DNA of 62,424 nucleotides, filler included, from 10 parts of 10 records of this genome joined end to end with filler, not necessarily neighbours in it, one strand, 5' to 3'. Shown: positions 21,829 to 34,192, numbered from the whole stretch's first letter. Numbers and translations are program-made. Notes: generated by a model not told the origin, from the sequence alone.

Positions 21829-24800
21829 GTCTGGCCTGCCTGGATACATGCTCTGGGGCGCCAGTAGCAGCGAGTACAGGAGTGATTGGTTTGAGTATTC
21901 GGACCCTGGAGTGCCGCAAGATGTCCAGCCGTCGCCCCCCAGCGCACTGCGCTTGACGCTGCCAAGCACAGCGTCGATCTGGTTGCAGCAAGCAGCGCTT
22001 CAGGTCACCGCTGTGAATCATCGCGATGCTCGGCGTGTTCTGCTGTGGTTGTTTGATATGGCTCGTCGGAGCTGGCGCCAGATCGAGCTGCAGCGCGAGC
22101 AGAAGCCGAACCGCAACGACCTGCTCGCTGTTGAACCGGACTATGCTCCATTTGCTGTGGTGGGGCTGGCAGAGCTCGATGATGGCCGGCTTGCGGTGCT
22201 GCTTCGAGACAAGTCTATCAGACTGGTAGAGGTGCGCGAGTCTGTTCTCCGAGCCGAAGAGTGGGCGTGGGACTCAATGGCCAATCACCCTAAAGATCAC
22301 GAGCTAGAGGAGCAAGAACAGCAGTTCTGGGTCGACCAGGTTGCTCGTGCTGGAGTAATCCGCCGCTAATGCCCGGGTGTAGGTGCACGAGGCCTTGCGA
22401 GACCCCTATCGCAGCAAGGCTCTTCGCAAGGACAAGCTCGATCCAGAATTCTATGAACCCGAGTTCTTCCCCGCCGACCGCGGGCTTTTGCCAAATCAGC
22501 TGCAGGCAATCCGAAGTGCTGTCGCACAGGCCAGGGATGCTGCCTTGCGACAGCACCGGATGTCTCGCCGGGCCGAGATTCTGGACAAGTCAGCAAAGCT
22601 CCGGAGCCTTGGCGCAGATGCATTGGGCGACCTCTCCGTGCCTGAGATGCTGAATTTGCTGAAAGACGAGGCCAGCACCGACTTCAACAACGCTGTCCTC
22701 CGCTCTGCGCATTCCAGTGCAGTGAAGGCATCTAAATTGGCTGTCCTTGCATTTATGGTGCACTGCAGGCCCGCCACGCTGAGATGGAGAGGGAAGCAGC
22801 TGCAGTCACACTCGGGGAGGTGCTTCGGCGGCTCGAAGAGGGAGGTAACAGCTGGCCTATTTGGCTTTCTCTATAAAGACTGTGTGGTCAGCTGGTCAAG
22901 GCACTCCAGCTGGCAATGCGGCTGCTGAAGCCCTGGCGGCCACATCGTCAAATCGCAACCCGCTGCAAGCAGCAGCGCTAGCACTTAAGGCAGCGCGGGA
23001 GGTATGACACAGACCTGGCTCTATGCATCTGACCCCTATTCCGTAGGCTGCTCGGTATAGTAAAGGCTGGGAAGCAAGTGCGCTTGCGTCAGCTGCAAGG
23101 ATGCTGAGATCTGCAGGCATGTACTGCATTGCTGGCAGTGCTTGACTATGGGCCAGGTCGGCGAGAGGAGGGCCCGCTGACAGGCGAGCAGGAGCAGCTT
23201 GTAGACCTCCTCGATGAGCTGAGTGAAGAGCTCGGAGCACAGCACGGCCGGGCGCTGGGAACGCTACGGGACACTGTCCTGCAGCCACTCAGCCCAGAGA
23301 TGCTCGAACAGCTGCAGCACGCTGCGGCAGCAGCGGTAGATGCGCTCAGCAGTGAAGGCTTGGACAATCTGGCAAATCAGCTTGGGGCGATGGCTGAATC
23401 GCTCTCTGAACAAGTTAGAGCGACAATGACAGCACCTGGAGCAAGTGGCACTGCTGGCAATAGCTCAGAAGCTGCGCTGAACGGAGAGGGGAATTCAGGG
23501 CAGCAAGGAGGGGGCGAAAGAGGAGAAGGCGAAGGCGGAGAAGGCGAGGGTGGCGGCGCAGGTGGTGGCAGTGGTGGGGGCGGAGGCGAGGGTAGTGGTG
23601 GAAGTGGAGGCGAGGGAAGCGGCGGCAGTGGTGGCAGCGGGGGCGAGGGCGGTGAGGGCGGTGGCGGGGGTGGAACTCCGTCTCTCGTACTTGATGACAA
23701 GTTTCGCATCGAGCGAGACGAGGATCCAGGCGCTGTCAATGCAACTGGTGGTGGTGAGGAGCGCGACACAAGCGAGATCCTGGCAATGGCTCGCAAGATT
23801 GTGAAGGAGGCTCTGAAGGAGAAGAAGGGCCCTGCTGGCACCACGGAACGGGCCCAGGCCGATGAAGAGGAGTATGGACAGCTCTTGGCCGCAGTCGGGA
23901 AGGATGTTGGCTTGCTGCGCATGGTGCTCGAAGGCGCTGAGGCCAAGGAAAAGGAGAGGATCTGGGTCAAAGGCCGCACCAACGGCGAGTTTGACGATGC
24001 GAGGTTAATTGACGGGGTGTGTGGCGAGCAAAATGTACGCCCTTGCGTCTTCTGCTCAGAGCTGACACGCTTATTTTAGGTATTCAAACGGCGAGGCGAG
24101 CCGGATCAGATGTTTGGGGCGCTCCAGAAGCTGCCCAAGCGCCTCAGCTTCGTCATCGATGTACCCCGCCTCTTGGTATTTTCTCTGATTGCGCGTCCAG
24201 GTCAGCTCGTCGATGGCTCGGTTCGATGGAGTGGACCGTCGGTTGAGCCGGACTGCCGCGCTTTGTGTCATGGTCATGGAAGCCTTTCATGGGTATGCTC
24301 ACAAATACGGTGTGCCAGCCGGTCATCTGTAGACTCCTGACAGCCGGGGTGGCCAGACTATAACATCGTGGGGCATTCCGGTGCTGGGCCTGAGCACGTG
24401 TTTGTCCCTTTTGGCAAACCTCCCAGTTCGGTACAGGAGCGCGCTCAGGTGGTCCAGAGTGTGTTCGTGGCCACAAACTGCCCGAGTGGAGACCACACTC
24501 TCGCCGGAGCCGAGATTGCAATCGAGCGAGTCTGTGCGGAGCCTGCGGATGATTATTTTGTCTTCCTGATATCTGATGCCAATCTGGGACAATATGGGGT
24601 CTCCCCGCGAACACTGAGTAGGGCACTGAATGTGAACCCAAAGGTGCTGTGTGCCTAGTGGTGCTTGTTATTGAGCTGTCCTGCAGGTCAATACCTACGC
24701 AATCTTCATATCGAACGATGCTGCAGCGGAGGAGATGCGCCGCAACATGCCGCCCGGCCGAGGCCACATTGTGGTCGACACGAGCAAGTTGCCGCAGCTC

Positions 24801-24848
24801 TTCAAAGAGTTTTTCACCACAAGCGTGATTGCATCTGCAAAGTTGTGA
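21829..24848 (+). CDS. VWA8-like protein, C-terminal part (5' truncated; multiple introns)
   Basis: Gly-rich linker, then EAKEKERIWVKGRTNGEFDDARLIDGVCGEQNVFKRRG, PKRLSFVIDVSSSMARF (MIDAS), YNIVGHSG, SGDHTL, ADDYFVFLISDANLGQYG. Confidence 0.8.
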
Positions 24849-25178
24849 AACGATTGTTGTGAAATGAAAATTTAATGATGCACGTGCGCAAGACTTGCAT
24901 TACAATCATGGACTGGTAATTGATGATAACTATTATAGATGGATTGGTACCTGGGTACGTACATTGGTACTTGGTACGCTCTATTTTCTTGCATTTTGTG
25001 ATAATAATCGCAAACGGCAGGAAACTGCCGGGGCCCCCCAGCCGGGCAACAGCCATGTCGGCGGGCAGCTTCTGTCTGNNNNNNNNNNNNNNNNNNNNNN
25101 NNNNNNNNNNNNNNNNNNNNNNTTAATTAATTAANNNNNNNNNNNNNNNNNNNNNNNNNNNNNNNNNNNNNNNNNNNN

Positions 25179-27533
25179 GTTCAAGCGATGTCTACAGAGG
25201 ACACTGAGCTACTTGCAGGCTGGGTCAAGAAGGGAGGGACGCTGGTGGTAGTGGACTGGGCCCAGACTGCGATGTACGATCAGGATTTGGTGCCACGCCC
25301 ACCTCTGCCGGGCGTCCCCCAAGGCGCATGCCGCGCTGCCGCTCTGCAGGAGCTTTTGAGCAGCCCTGGTAGGGGACGTGTACGGAGGCTGGACAAGGAG
25401 CTGCAGCAGTATGCCCAACAAGGTTATCACGATGCCGCTGACGATGCTCTTATTGCGGCGGCGATGATGCTACCACTGGACTCAGAGTCGTCCCTGCCGC
25501 CAATCCTGGCTACAGCTGGATTGCCAAAGACAGTATGGGCCAACGTATGGGTTCACGGTGCGGGGCACGGGCCAATGCGAAGCGTGGCACTCACAAACTA
25601 CGATGGTAATGCCACTGCTAACTCGCTCTCGCCGGTGAAAGACGCCTTCACGCTCCACTTGCGCTGTGACGAGAGCAATGTCATTCCAGCTGCATCTGAT
25701 AGCATATATGCCAGAACTTCTGGACCAATCGCAGGACCAGCAGAACCAGCTCTTGGTTGTGATGACATTATCAACGCAACACTTACCACCACAATCCCAG
25801 CTCATGTGTCAGGTTCTACTGGGGCCTCGTTCACTTCGTTGGCACTGGCCCTGAAGAAGTCGGTTGATAAAGGCAGCGGTGTGCCCATCCTCTCTGTCAC
25901 TGTACCAGCCGGAACAATTATGGCTGAATCAGGTGTAGTCAGTTTCTTTGCCGCAGGTGAGATGGGCTTGCGTGCTGCTGCTGCAAGAGCGCGGAAGTGG
26001 ACTGAAAGACTTCGAATAGCGCAGCGTTCGCGCCGGCTTGGGCCGAACAGCGCCGATTATTCCTCGATTGTTGCGTCTGCTAACACGGCGTTGCATGTCG
26101 TCGAAGAGCAGCCTTTGACCCGACAGCTTCTTGCTGGTGGCGAGGCTAAATTGCTAACATTGGCGAATAAGCTTGAGGCGGACGTATCTAACATAACTCA
26201 CTTTGTCGAGGCTGCTTCTAACCAATCCCGATTAGCGACCATCGCAATACCAGCAGCAGCTAGTGTGCAACTGGCTGTGGCGGCAGCGGTGCCCAAATCT
26301 GAGCTGCTCTTGTCCGCTAATACCAGCGCTGCATGGAAGCCACTTGCGATCGATACGGCATTTGCTGCCTCTGTAGGGTATGGTTGGGTAGATGCAAGCA
26401 GCAGTGGTGCCAGCCACGGCGGAAGACAGCTAGTTTCTTCTGCAGAGGCTACCGGAGTGCTGGCACAAGATCCCGTCCATGCAAATTTCATCGGTGCTGG
26501 CGCTGTGACAAGCACTTCTAGCGCTGAGCAACCATCGACTTTGCGGCTGGACTTACCACCCGCAGTCATGCAGGTGGGTGGTACTGCGACCATTGTCACG
26601 GGATCATTCGACACAGGGCGATTGGCTGTCTCGACAGCAGTGCGAGTGGAGGGTGCAGTCACTCTGACGATTCCAGGAGACTTGGACCACAGCGGGCACT
26701 TTCGTCACGTTGCTTTTCGCATCGAGCCGGTCAAGCCTGGTGGAAACCGATCACTGTACCTCACGTTCTCATCGTCGTCCCTGGGACATTTTTATGGGGA
26801 TGCTTACGGGCAAGGGCTGCACACACAATCATGGCTGGTCAATGCGGTGATCCTGTCAGCAGGCAGAACACCTCCTACAGTGGAGGGCCAGCGCTTTGTC
26901 GCTCTTGCCGAGGGGCTAGCTAAAACAGCACTCGAGCATTGGGCATTCGTGGGTCCTTTCGCAGACCCACACTTCACGACACGCGATCGCGTATTTGGAC
27001 CAGAGACTGGTGACAAGGTGAACACGACTAGCAGCTTTCTGGATGGCTTTGGTGGAAGCGTTTCATGGAAGGTAGTTGCTGCAGTCAATCACTCATATGG
27101 GGCTCCAGCCGCCGTGAGAATGCCATCCAGTGCCGAGGCTCGCTCGGTCAACCAAACAGTGACAATCTTCTGGTGTTCGAGGATAGTTGTTCCCGTGCTA
27201 TCGGCCGGAGCCCAGGGGAATCGCAGTGCAAAAACACTCCAAGCGCAGCTGGTTGGATCGACAAGCGGTTTGGCATCACTGCGCCTCAACGGTGTCGAGC
27301 TGGCTCCCGACCGCCTCATTCAGGGCCGCAGCTTAGCTGAGTTCAACCGAGCTGTCATCTTGCGGCGTGGTGTGGCGAATGAACTGCTGGTGAAGGCGAT
27401 GCAGCTATCGTGGGAAGCCCCGTGGGAGATGGCGTTGTCGCTCGGGCAGGCGGTTAACGGTAATATTGGTACGGCACATGACCTCTCGTTGCTAGTACCC
27501 ATCTCCGGGTTGCATAGCGAAGCGTGTTCATAG
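25179..27533 (+). CDS. Large intronless hypothetical protein, 5' truncated; possibly the C-terminal part of a carbohydrate-active enzyme
   Basis: Open frame of more than 780 aa. WVKKGGTLVV (GATase-like strand), GYGW, WAFVGPF and LRRGVANELLVK motifs resemble accessory domains of bacterial-type glycoside hydrolases. GC lower than neighbours. Confidence 0.55.
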   Translation, partial: VQAMSTEDTELLAGWVKKGGTLVVVDWAQTAMYDQDLVPRPPLPGVPQGACRAAALQELLSSPGRGRVRRLDKELQQYAQQGYHDAADDALIAAAMMLPLDSESSLPPILATAGLPKTVWANVWVHGAGHGPMRSVALTNYDGNATANSLSPVKDAFTLHLRCDESNVIPAASDSIYARTSGPIAGPAEPALGCDDIINATLTTTIPAHVSGSTGASFTSLALALKKSVDKGSGVPILSVTVPAGTIMAESGVVSFFAAGEMGLRAAAARARKWTERLRIAQRSRRLGPNSADYSSIVASANTALHVVEEQPLTRQLLAGGEAKLLTLANKLEADVSNITHFVEAASNQSRLATIAIPAAASVQLAVAAAVPKSELLLSANTSAAWKPLAIDTAFAASVGYGWVDASSSGASHGGRQLVSSAEATGVLAQDPVHANFIGAGAVTSTSSAEQPSTLRLDLPPAVMQVGGTATIVTGSFDTGRLAVSTAVRVEGAVTLTIPGDLDHSGHFRHVAFRIEPVKPGGNRSLYLTFSSSSLGHFYGDAYGQGLHTQSWLVNAVILSAGRTPPTVEGQRFVALAEGLAKTALEHWAFVGPFADPHFTTRDRVFGPETGDKVNTTSSFLDGFGGSVSWKVVAAVNHSYGAPAAVRMPSSAEARSVNQTVTIFWCSRIVVPVLSAGAQGNRSAKTLQAQLVGSTSGLASLRLNGVELAPDRLIQGRSLAEFNRAVILRRGVANELLVKAMQLSWEAPWEMALSLGQAVNGNIGTAHDLSLLVPISGLHSEACS

Positions 27534-27666
27534 CGAAGCGTGTACCGGTACCCAGCTATTGAGTCTTACTAGTACATACTTATACTCGTATATGCATTAC
27601 ACTCGTCTGTTCAGCGCTACAATGTCAATCCATTGAGCCAACGTGGCAGACTCATAATTATATCCT

Positions 27667-28595
27667 CTAGACAGTGCAACCTGCATCCTCAGTCAGCAAT
27701 TGCATTAATGCGACGAGCTTTTGCATGCAACCCTCGTTCGTCTCTTGGCACACACTCTCGACCATTCCTGAAGCAAACGCCTCCCAGCTCAGACGCCGTG
27801 AGCCACCATTTCCTTCGCTGCGTAGCAAGCCGCCAGACTTTTTGATAATAGACAAGACCCGGTTGAGGCTGGACCCTGTGAGGTAGCCTGTACTGCTTGG
27901 CCGTAATTTGTTAAAGCAGTCAAAGAGTTGCCGCATCACACTGCTGGTTTGCTCTATTGGTACCTCATCAAGTGCAAGCCGACGTACTTCAGAATCGAGT
28001 GACACGCTGCACTCCAAATTGAGCACCTGGCCGCAATAGATGAGGTTGTTCTCACGAGCACGTAGAGCCGGCAATCCCACTTTTGCTCACCCCACAGCAA
28101 CGGCTCCTTGTAGCGCTGTACAAGATACTCTTCTCCCTCGCTGCAGCAGTCCACCGCAGCGGCTCCACCGTTGCACAGCCTAATCCCCTCTCCCCTCGTC
28201 CCCGTGCTCGGTTTAACTATCAACCAGCCGCTGCTCACAGCCAGTAACTCCTCTTTTTGCTCCGGCATGATCCAGCACTCGGGGAAGAAGCTGACGAGTT
28301 CAGGAGCCACACGGCCCACTTGCTGGAGCAATCTGGCCATTGGGGCCTTGCGGCACCATCGCTTCATTTCAGGGAATCGCTGCACTCGCCTGCACCGGGC
28401 GAACTCGAAGCGTGTGGCGTTGGGTGGAAGGTAGGTCAAGGCTGCCTCCTGGGCGCGCGGCGGGCTAGCGCCCGGTGCCAGCACCTCTATTCCCAACGCC
28501 CCGGCCGCCCTTAGCAGTGCCTCCAGAAAGTATTCAGGCTGCTGGGCCCGGCGGGCGTCGATGGTGCACCGCTGTCCTGATGATGACATGCTCAT
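27667..28595 (-). CDS. Tubulin-tyrosine-ligase-like N-half fused to an EF-hand-like C-terminus (1 intron)
   Basis: VQRFPEMKRWCRK, FFPECWIMP, WLIVKPSTGTRGEGI, YLVQRY, KWDCRLYVL. An intron ending at 28027 joins the 27667 frame. Confidence 0.65.
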
Positions 28596-29017
28596 TCGGT
28601 CAGTTTACCCATGCCCCGCGTATGAGCAGGGATTGGTCCTGTCACACCGCAGTGAGCCCGCTGCCCGTCACCTAGCCCACGCACCCAGGTCGCCTCCAGT
28701 GTGCGCCGCACCTTTGCAAATCCCCGATTCAAGGTTTAACGGACCCATGCGTCACGAAGAGACTTCAACCAAGTCAGCTGCTGAGTCCAAAGCTCGATGG
28801 CGCACACTGGAGGCGACCGGGTGTGTGGGCCNNNNNNNNNNNNNNNNNNNNNNNNNNNNNNNNNNNNNNNNNNNNTTAATTAATTAANNNNNNNNNNNNN
28901 NNNNNNNNNNNNNNNNNNNNNNNNNNNNNNNTCGGCAGCCCGTTGTGCTCGCCATCGATTTATTATTATTTCGATTTTATTTATTAGGTGGCGCCGCGGG
29001 CTCCAAGGGCTTTGAAC

Positions 29018-32000
29018 ATGTCGTCGCTCTTCGAGTGTGGCGGGAGGGAAGGTGCGGTCGGCAGGTCGGGCAATGGGGCCAGCTGGCGGCAGGCTGTTTC
29101 GGTTCGGCCGAGGAGACGTCAATGGGGCTGCCGGAGCGGGCCCAGCTGGTGGTGCTCGGCTCCGGGGCTCGAGAGCACGCGATCGCCCGTGCCGCCACCC
29201 GCTCACGAAGCCAGCCGACGGTCAGTTGCTTCGGGAGCAGCGTCAATCCGGGGATCAAGACCGTCTGCCTCCAGTCGGGCGGCCAGTACCACACCGGCAA
29301 CATCAGCGACCCGGAGCAGGCAAGAGCTTGGCGCTTGAGCCCGCGGGTGAGCCCGGGGCAAGGTGGCTAGCTTCGCCCAGCAGCTGGCGGAGGGCAAGGA
29401 GCCTGTGATCGTAGTGGTCGGCCCCGAGGCCCCGCTCGAGGCTGGGGTGGTCGATCGGCTCGAGCAGCTTCCCAACGTCGGGGTGGTCGGCCCGCGACGG
29501 GCTCTGGCCCGGCTGGAGACCTCAAAGGCCTACACCCGCCAACTGATGGACCAGCACCTGATCCCGGGCCGGATCCGGTGACCACCCGCCCGGCCGCCGG
29601 CGAGCCTGGGGATAGCCACCGCGAGTTCAGCAGCGTGGATGGCGCGGAGGAGTACATGCGGACGGAGCTTGAGGGAGAGTATGTGGTGAAGGCCGACGGG
29701 CTCTGCGGCGGCAAAGGCGTCAAGGCGCCCCCCAGGGCCGGGCCGGAGCGAGCTGGGGCGCCAGGTGTCCGGGGAGCATCTGAGCTCTGTAGAGGACGGG
29801 CTAGAGTATTGCGCGCAGCTGATAGCCAGCGGCGGCAGCTTTGTGATCGAGGAGAAGCTGGTGGGCCAGGAGTTCTCGTTGATGAGCTTCTGCGACGGCG
29901 AGCACCTGGCGCACATGCTGCCTGTGCAGGACCACAAGCGGGCTTACGAGGGCGACACTGGCCCCAACACTGGCGGCATGGGGAGCTACTCAGGCCCGAA
30001 CGGAGTGCTTCCATTCCTGGTGCCGGCCGACGTGCAGGAGGCCCAGCGGATCAACGAGCACGTGGCCGCGGCGCTGGCCGAGCAGGAAGGGGTGGGCTAC
30101 AAGGGCGTGATGTACGGACAATACATGGCGACCAAGACCGGCGTGTTCGTGATAGAATACAACGCTCGGTTCGGTGACCCCGAGGCTCTCAACCTGCTCT
30201 CGCTGCTCGACCTGTCCAAGTGCGACCTGCTGGCCATCTGCCAGGCGATCGTGCGCGGGACGCTCTCGCAGGAGATGGTCGCCTTCAAGCCAGTCGCGTC
30301 CGTGTGCAAGTACCGGGTGCCCGAGGGCTATCCGGTCAAGCCGGTCAAGCAGCAGCCGATCCAGCTGGATAAGGTGACCACCAAGGACCTGCTCTACCTG
30401 GCCTCGGTCGACCAAGACGACCAAGGCAGCCCCTGCCCCCGCGCCCTGCCAGCAGGCCGCAGGTGTGATCAGGGAATGCGGCTCTCGCACCGCAGCGGTC
30501 GTCGGCCTGGGCAAGACAATCGCAGAGGCCGAGGCAGCGGCCGAAGCTCAGATGGCGCTCATCACCGGCCCGTTGTGGCACCGGTCTGATATCGGCACAG
30601 CGAGCTCTCTTGCTGCTAGAGTCGATCATATGAGGGAGCTCCGCGGCGCCCGGCTGGCGCTACTCGCCCAAGGCCAGCCTGCTCGGCTCGTGGCCGGGCT
30701 CGCAGCCGACGCCCGGGCCGCCAAGGCCAGCCTGCGGCTGGTGGTGAGCGACTGCCCCGCCCCGGCTCCAGCGGTGCTCGGCTCGCGTGGCCGTGGGCTG
30801 ACTGTGGGGGCAGGAGCGGAGCGCCGGGGTGAGCTGGCAGGGGCTTGAGCCGGGCAAGTTCGACAGTCGGGCCGAGATGGAGGCCGAGCTGAGTGCGGCG
30901 CTCGAGCTGCACGCCCCGGAGCTGGTGCTGGTGCACGGCTGGCCACACCGGCTGTCGGAGCAGTTCCGAGCCAGGTGGTCGCGCTGCTGCTACGTGATGC
31001 ACCCGGCCCCGGTGGCTGGGCTCGCGCAGGCCGAGCGGCTGCTGGCCGCCGGGCAGACAGTCGAGTACAAGCTCGGCCGGCTGGGTGAGATCGGCGACGG
31101 CCAGTGCAGCGCTCAGTGCAAGATTGAGACGAGTGACACGCCGCAGAGCCTGCTGGAGAGACTGCAGCTGACCGAGCAAGCCGTGCTGAGCCAGCTGGTC
31201 CGACTGTACAGCGCTGGAGAGCTCCAGATGCCGGCCGGTATGACCTACGCTCAGGCGGGCGTCTCGATCGACGCAGGCAATTGTCTGGTGGATCGGATCA
31301 AACCGATGTGCAAGGCGACTGTCCGGAGCGGCTGCTGTGGCGGGATCGGAGGGTTCGGAGGGCTGTTCGACCTCAAGGCGGCCGGGTTTGCGGACCCGGT
31401 GCTGGTGGCGTGCACCGACGGCGTGGGGACCAAACTCAAGCTGGCACACATGGCGGCGCAGCACGACACAGTCGGCGTGGACCTGGTGGCCATGTCGGTT
31501 AACGACCTGGTGGTTCAGGGCGCTGAGCCATTGTTCTTCCTGGACTACTTCGCCTGCGGCAAGCTCGAAGTGGAGGCGGCCGCCCAGGTGGTCCAGGGCA
31601 TCTCGCAGGCCTGCGTCGAGTCCGGCTGCGCGCTCATCGGAGGCGAGACCGCCGAGATGCCCTCAATGTACGCCAACGGTGCCCGCCCCAGTGCCAGCCC
31701 TCAGCCCGGGGGGCAGGCGAGTACGATCTGGCTGGCTTTGCGGTTGGGGCGGTCGAGCGCGGCCAGATGCTTCCGCTGATGGATCAGATCGCCGAGGGCG
31801 ACCTGCTGCTCGGGCTCGGCTCGTCCGGCGTGCACTCGAACGGGTTCTCTCTCGTCCGGCGGATCGTCGAGAGCACTTCGGCTGGGGCGGACATGTGGTC
31901 TGAGCCGGCCCCCGCCGAGTGGGGCGCGGCCGGGCGGACCATCCTGCAGGCGTTTCTGGAGCCGACCAAGCTGTACGTCAAGCCGTGCCTGAAGGCGATC

Positions 32001-32342
32001 AGCTCCGGCAAAGTGAAGGCGCTCTGCCACATCACGGGCGGCGGACTGCTTGAGAACCTGCCCCGGATCCTGCCAGCCGAACTGGCGGCCGAGCTCGAGC
32101 TCAATCAGTACAAGTTGCCGGCGGTGTTCAGCTGGCTGCAGAGCACCGGGTGCGTGGCGAACGAGGAGATGCTCCGCGTGTTCAACTGCGGAGTCGGGAT
32201 GGTGATCGTGTGCGGCCCGGACGACCAAGCTGCGATCGAGGAGAAGCTCGGGGCTGCGTGCATCCGGCTCGGCAGGCTGGTCAAAGGCGAGGATCACCCG
32301 GACGCGGCGCAAGTGGCGGTCAAGCAGTGGTGGGACAACTGA
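29018..32342 (+). CDS. Purine biosynthesis fusion: GAR synthetase (PurD), degenerate GAR transformylase (PurN-like), AIR synthetase (PurM); about 7 introns
   Basis: [59 protein letters not shown]; then FDSRAE...APELVLVHG...MHP; then [51 protein letters not shown]. Confidence 0.92.
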
Positions 32343-32750
32343 TCGATGTGTGCTCAGTGCTGTTGATTGGGTATCGGTGCTCTAGAGCTGCAGATCTACC
32401 GTACGAGTAGAGAGGTTGCAGAGTGATTGCTGCTCTAGAGTAGCGTCGCAACCTTTCGAATCCAGACTCGTACTTATATTATTACACACCTAATAGTGGC
32501 ATAGGCGTGTCGNNNNNNNNNNNNNNNNNNNNNNNNNNNNNNNNNNNNNNNNNNNNTTAATTAATTAANNNNNNNNNNNNNNNNNNNNNNNNNNNNNNNN
32601 NNNNNNNNNNNNAAGCGGCATACGTCAAGCATCAAGTGAATCGGAGTAGAGTCTCAACCAAGCTATATATTGAGCATTAAATTGAACTGTTTTTTATTTG
32701 ATTTAATTAATTATTTAAACACGCTGCGAACACACGAAACACGATGTTGG

Positions 32751-32837
32751 ATGTTCAGATTGGTTTCAGATCGGTTCGACTCGTTCAGATTGATTTAGAC
32801 TCGTTTCAGATCAGATTCAGATCAGCCAGTTCAGAAT
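32751..32837. repeat. Imperfect short tandem repeat (TTCAGAT core, about 10-nt period)
   Basis: ttcagat/ttcgac/ttagac units repeated about 8 times in an intergenic region. Confidence 0.6.
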
Positions 32838-33037
32838 GATTAATAGGCCGGGGGGTGCGCCCGGTAGAAACCGCAACAACCTTCCCTTGAGAGTGTTCAC
32901 GAGAAAGCTGCAACCTCCCTTCAGTTGAGAGTGTGAGAAAGCTGCAAGTCCGATCCCCCGCCTTTTTTTTAACGGCAGCTGCGAGCCAACCCCCCCGCTC
33001 CCACCAGTCACCAGAGCCAGAGCCAGCGTGGGTCGGC

Positions 33038-34192
33038 ATGCTGACCACAGCGCTGGTCGGGCTGGGCTCGGGGGCGCTGGCCTCGGCGGTGGCGTTCCTG
33101 GCCCGGTACCCGCGGCGGCCGGTGCTCCGGCCGGCCGCACCGGTGGGCACGCTGATCACTCGCTGGACCAGCGGCCCGGCGGTCCAGATCTTCTACCCGT
33201 CGACCGGCGAGGACGGGTCTGGCCCGGGGGCCTGGTTCCGGCCAGCGGTGGTGGACCGAATCGCCGGGATGATCGGGCTGCCCGGCTGGTGCCTCCGCTT
33301 CCTGAGCTGCCCCGCGCCATTTCCTGTGAACCCGCCGCCGGCCGCGGACGGTCTGCCGGTTGTGCTATTTTCTCACGGGCTGATGGGTTCGCTCGACATG
33401 TACAAGACGCTGTGCGGAGGGATAGCAGCTGGCGGGTACATTGTGCTTGCCGTAGAGCACGAGGACGGGTCGGCGTTGCACGCTCAGACCGCCGAGCGAG
33501 AGGCTGTGGTTCGGCGGACTGTCCCGACCGGATTTAAATACCAACGGGAGGCGGTTGTGGATTTCCGGGCCCAGTTTCTGGCCAAGCGGGCGGAGGAGCT
33601 GCTTCGGGTGCAGCAGGCGGCGATGCGGGGTGATCGAGCTGACGAAAGCCCTGGGGCAGTGCAGGCCGTGATGGCCCGCGCCGATACCGGCGCTGTGTAC
33701 CTCGCAGGTCATAGCTTCGGAGCCGCCAGCGTGGTGCACGCTGCTCCGACGGTGGACCGGCTGGCTGGGGCGGTGCTGCTGGACTTGTGGCCATTTCCGT
33801 TGCCGGATCCGGTTCTGACTAGAGGGATGGAAACAAGCACGCTAGTTCTGACTTCTGAGCAGTTTGTAAACGGCCGGGAATTCGGGCTGACCCGGCGGCT
33901 GATCCGGAACTCGCAGGACATGGCGAGCTTCTACATCCCTGGGAGCGCGCATCAAAGCTTCTCGGATACCCCGTTGCTGCTACCTCGGTTCATTGGCTGC
34001 CGGATTGGTATGAATGGGACGTCAGATACCGACCGCACGTACCAAGCCATGATCGACGCGATTCTGCTCTTCCTTAAGCGCTGCCGGTTTGAGCTCAAGG
34101 ACGAGAGCTCGCTTCAAGCTGTCCGAGAACAGATTCTAGCTGAAAATCCGATGATGCGAGGCACTGATTCGGATGATACACGCGACGATTAA
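33038..34192 (+). CDS. PAF-acetylhydrolase-like alpha/beta hydrolase (intronless)
   Basis: QIFYP, PVVLFSHGL, VEHEDGSA, GHSFG nucleophile elbow, LDLW, HQSFSD. Confidence 0.88.
   Translation: MLTTALVGLGSGALASAVAFLARYPRRPVLRPAAPVGTLITRWTSGPAVQIFYPSTGEDGSGPGAWFRPAVVDRIAGMIGLPGWCLRFLSCPAPFPVNPPPAADGLPVVLFSHGLMGSLDMYKTLCGGIAAGGYIVLAVEHEDGSALHAQTAEREAVVRRTVPTGFKYQREAVVDFRAQFLAKRAEELLRVQQAAMRGDRADESPGAVQAVMARADTGAVYLAGHSFGAASVVHAAPTVDRLAGAVLLDLWPFPLPDPVLTRGMETSTLVLTSEQFVNGREFGLTRRLIRNSQDMASFYIPGSAHQSFSDTPLLLPRFIGCRIGMNGTSDTDRTYQAMIDAILLFLKRCRFELKDESSLQAVREQILAENPMMRGTDSDDTRDD

Noticed and set aside
23500-23675. GGC/GGT/GAG-rich repeat
   Set aside because: Encodes the Gly-rich linker of the VWA8-like protein.
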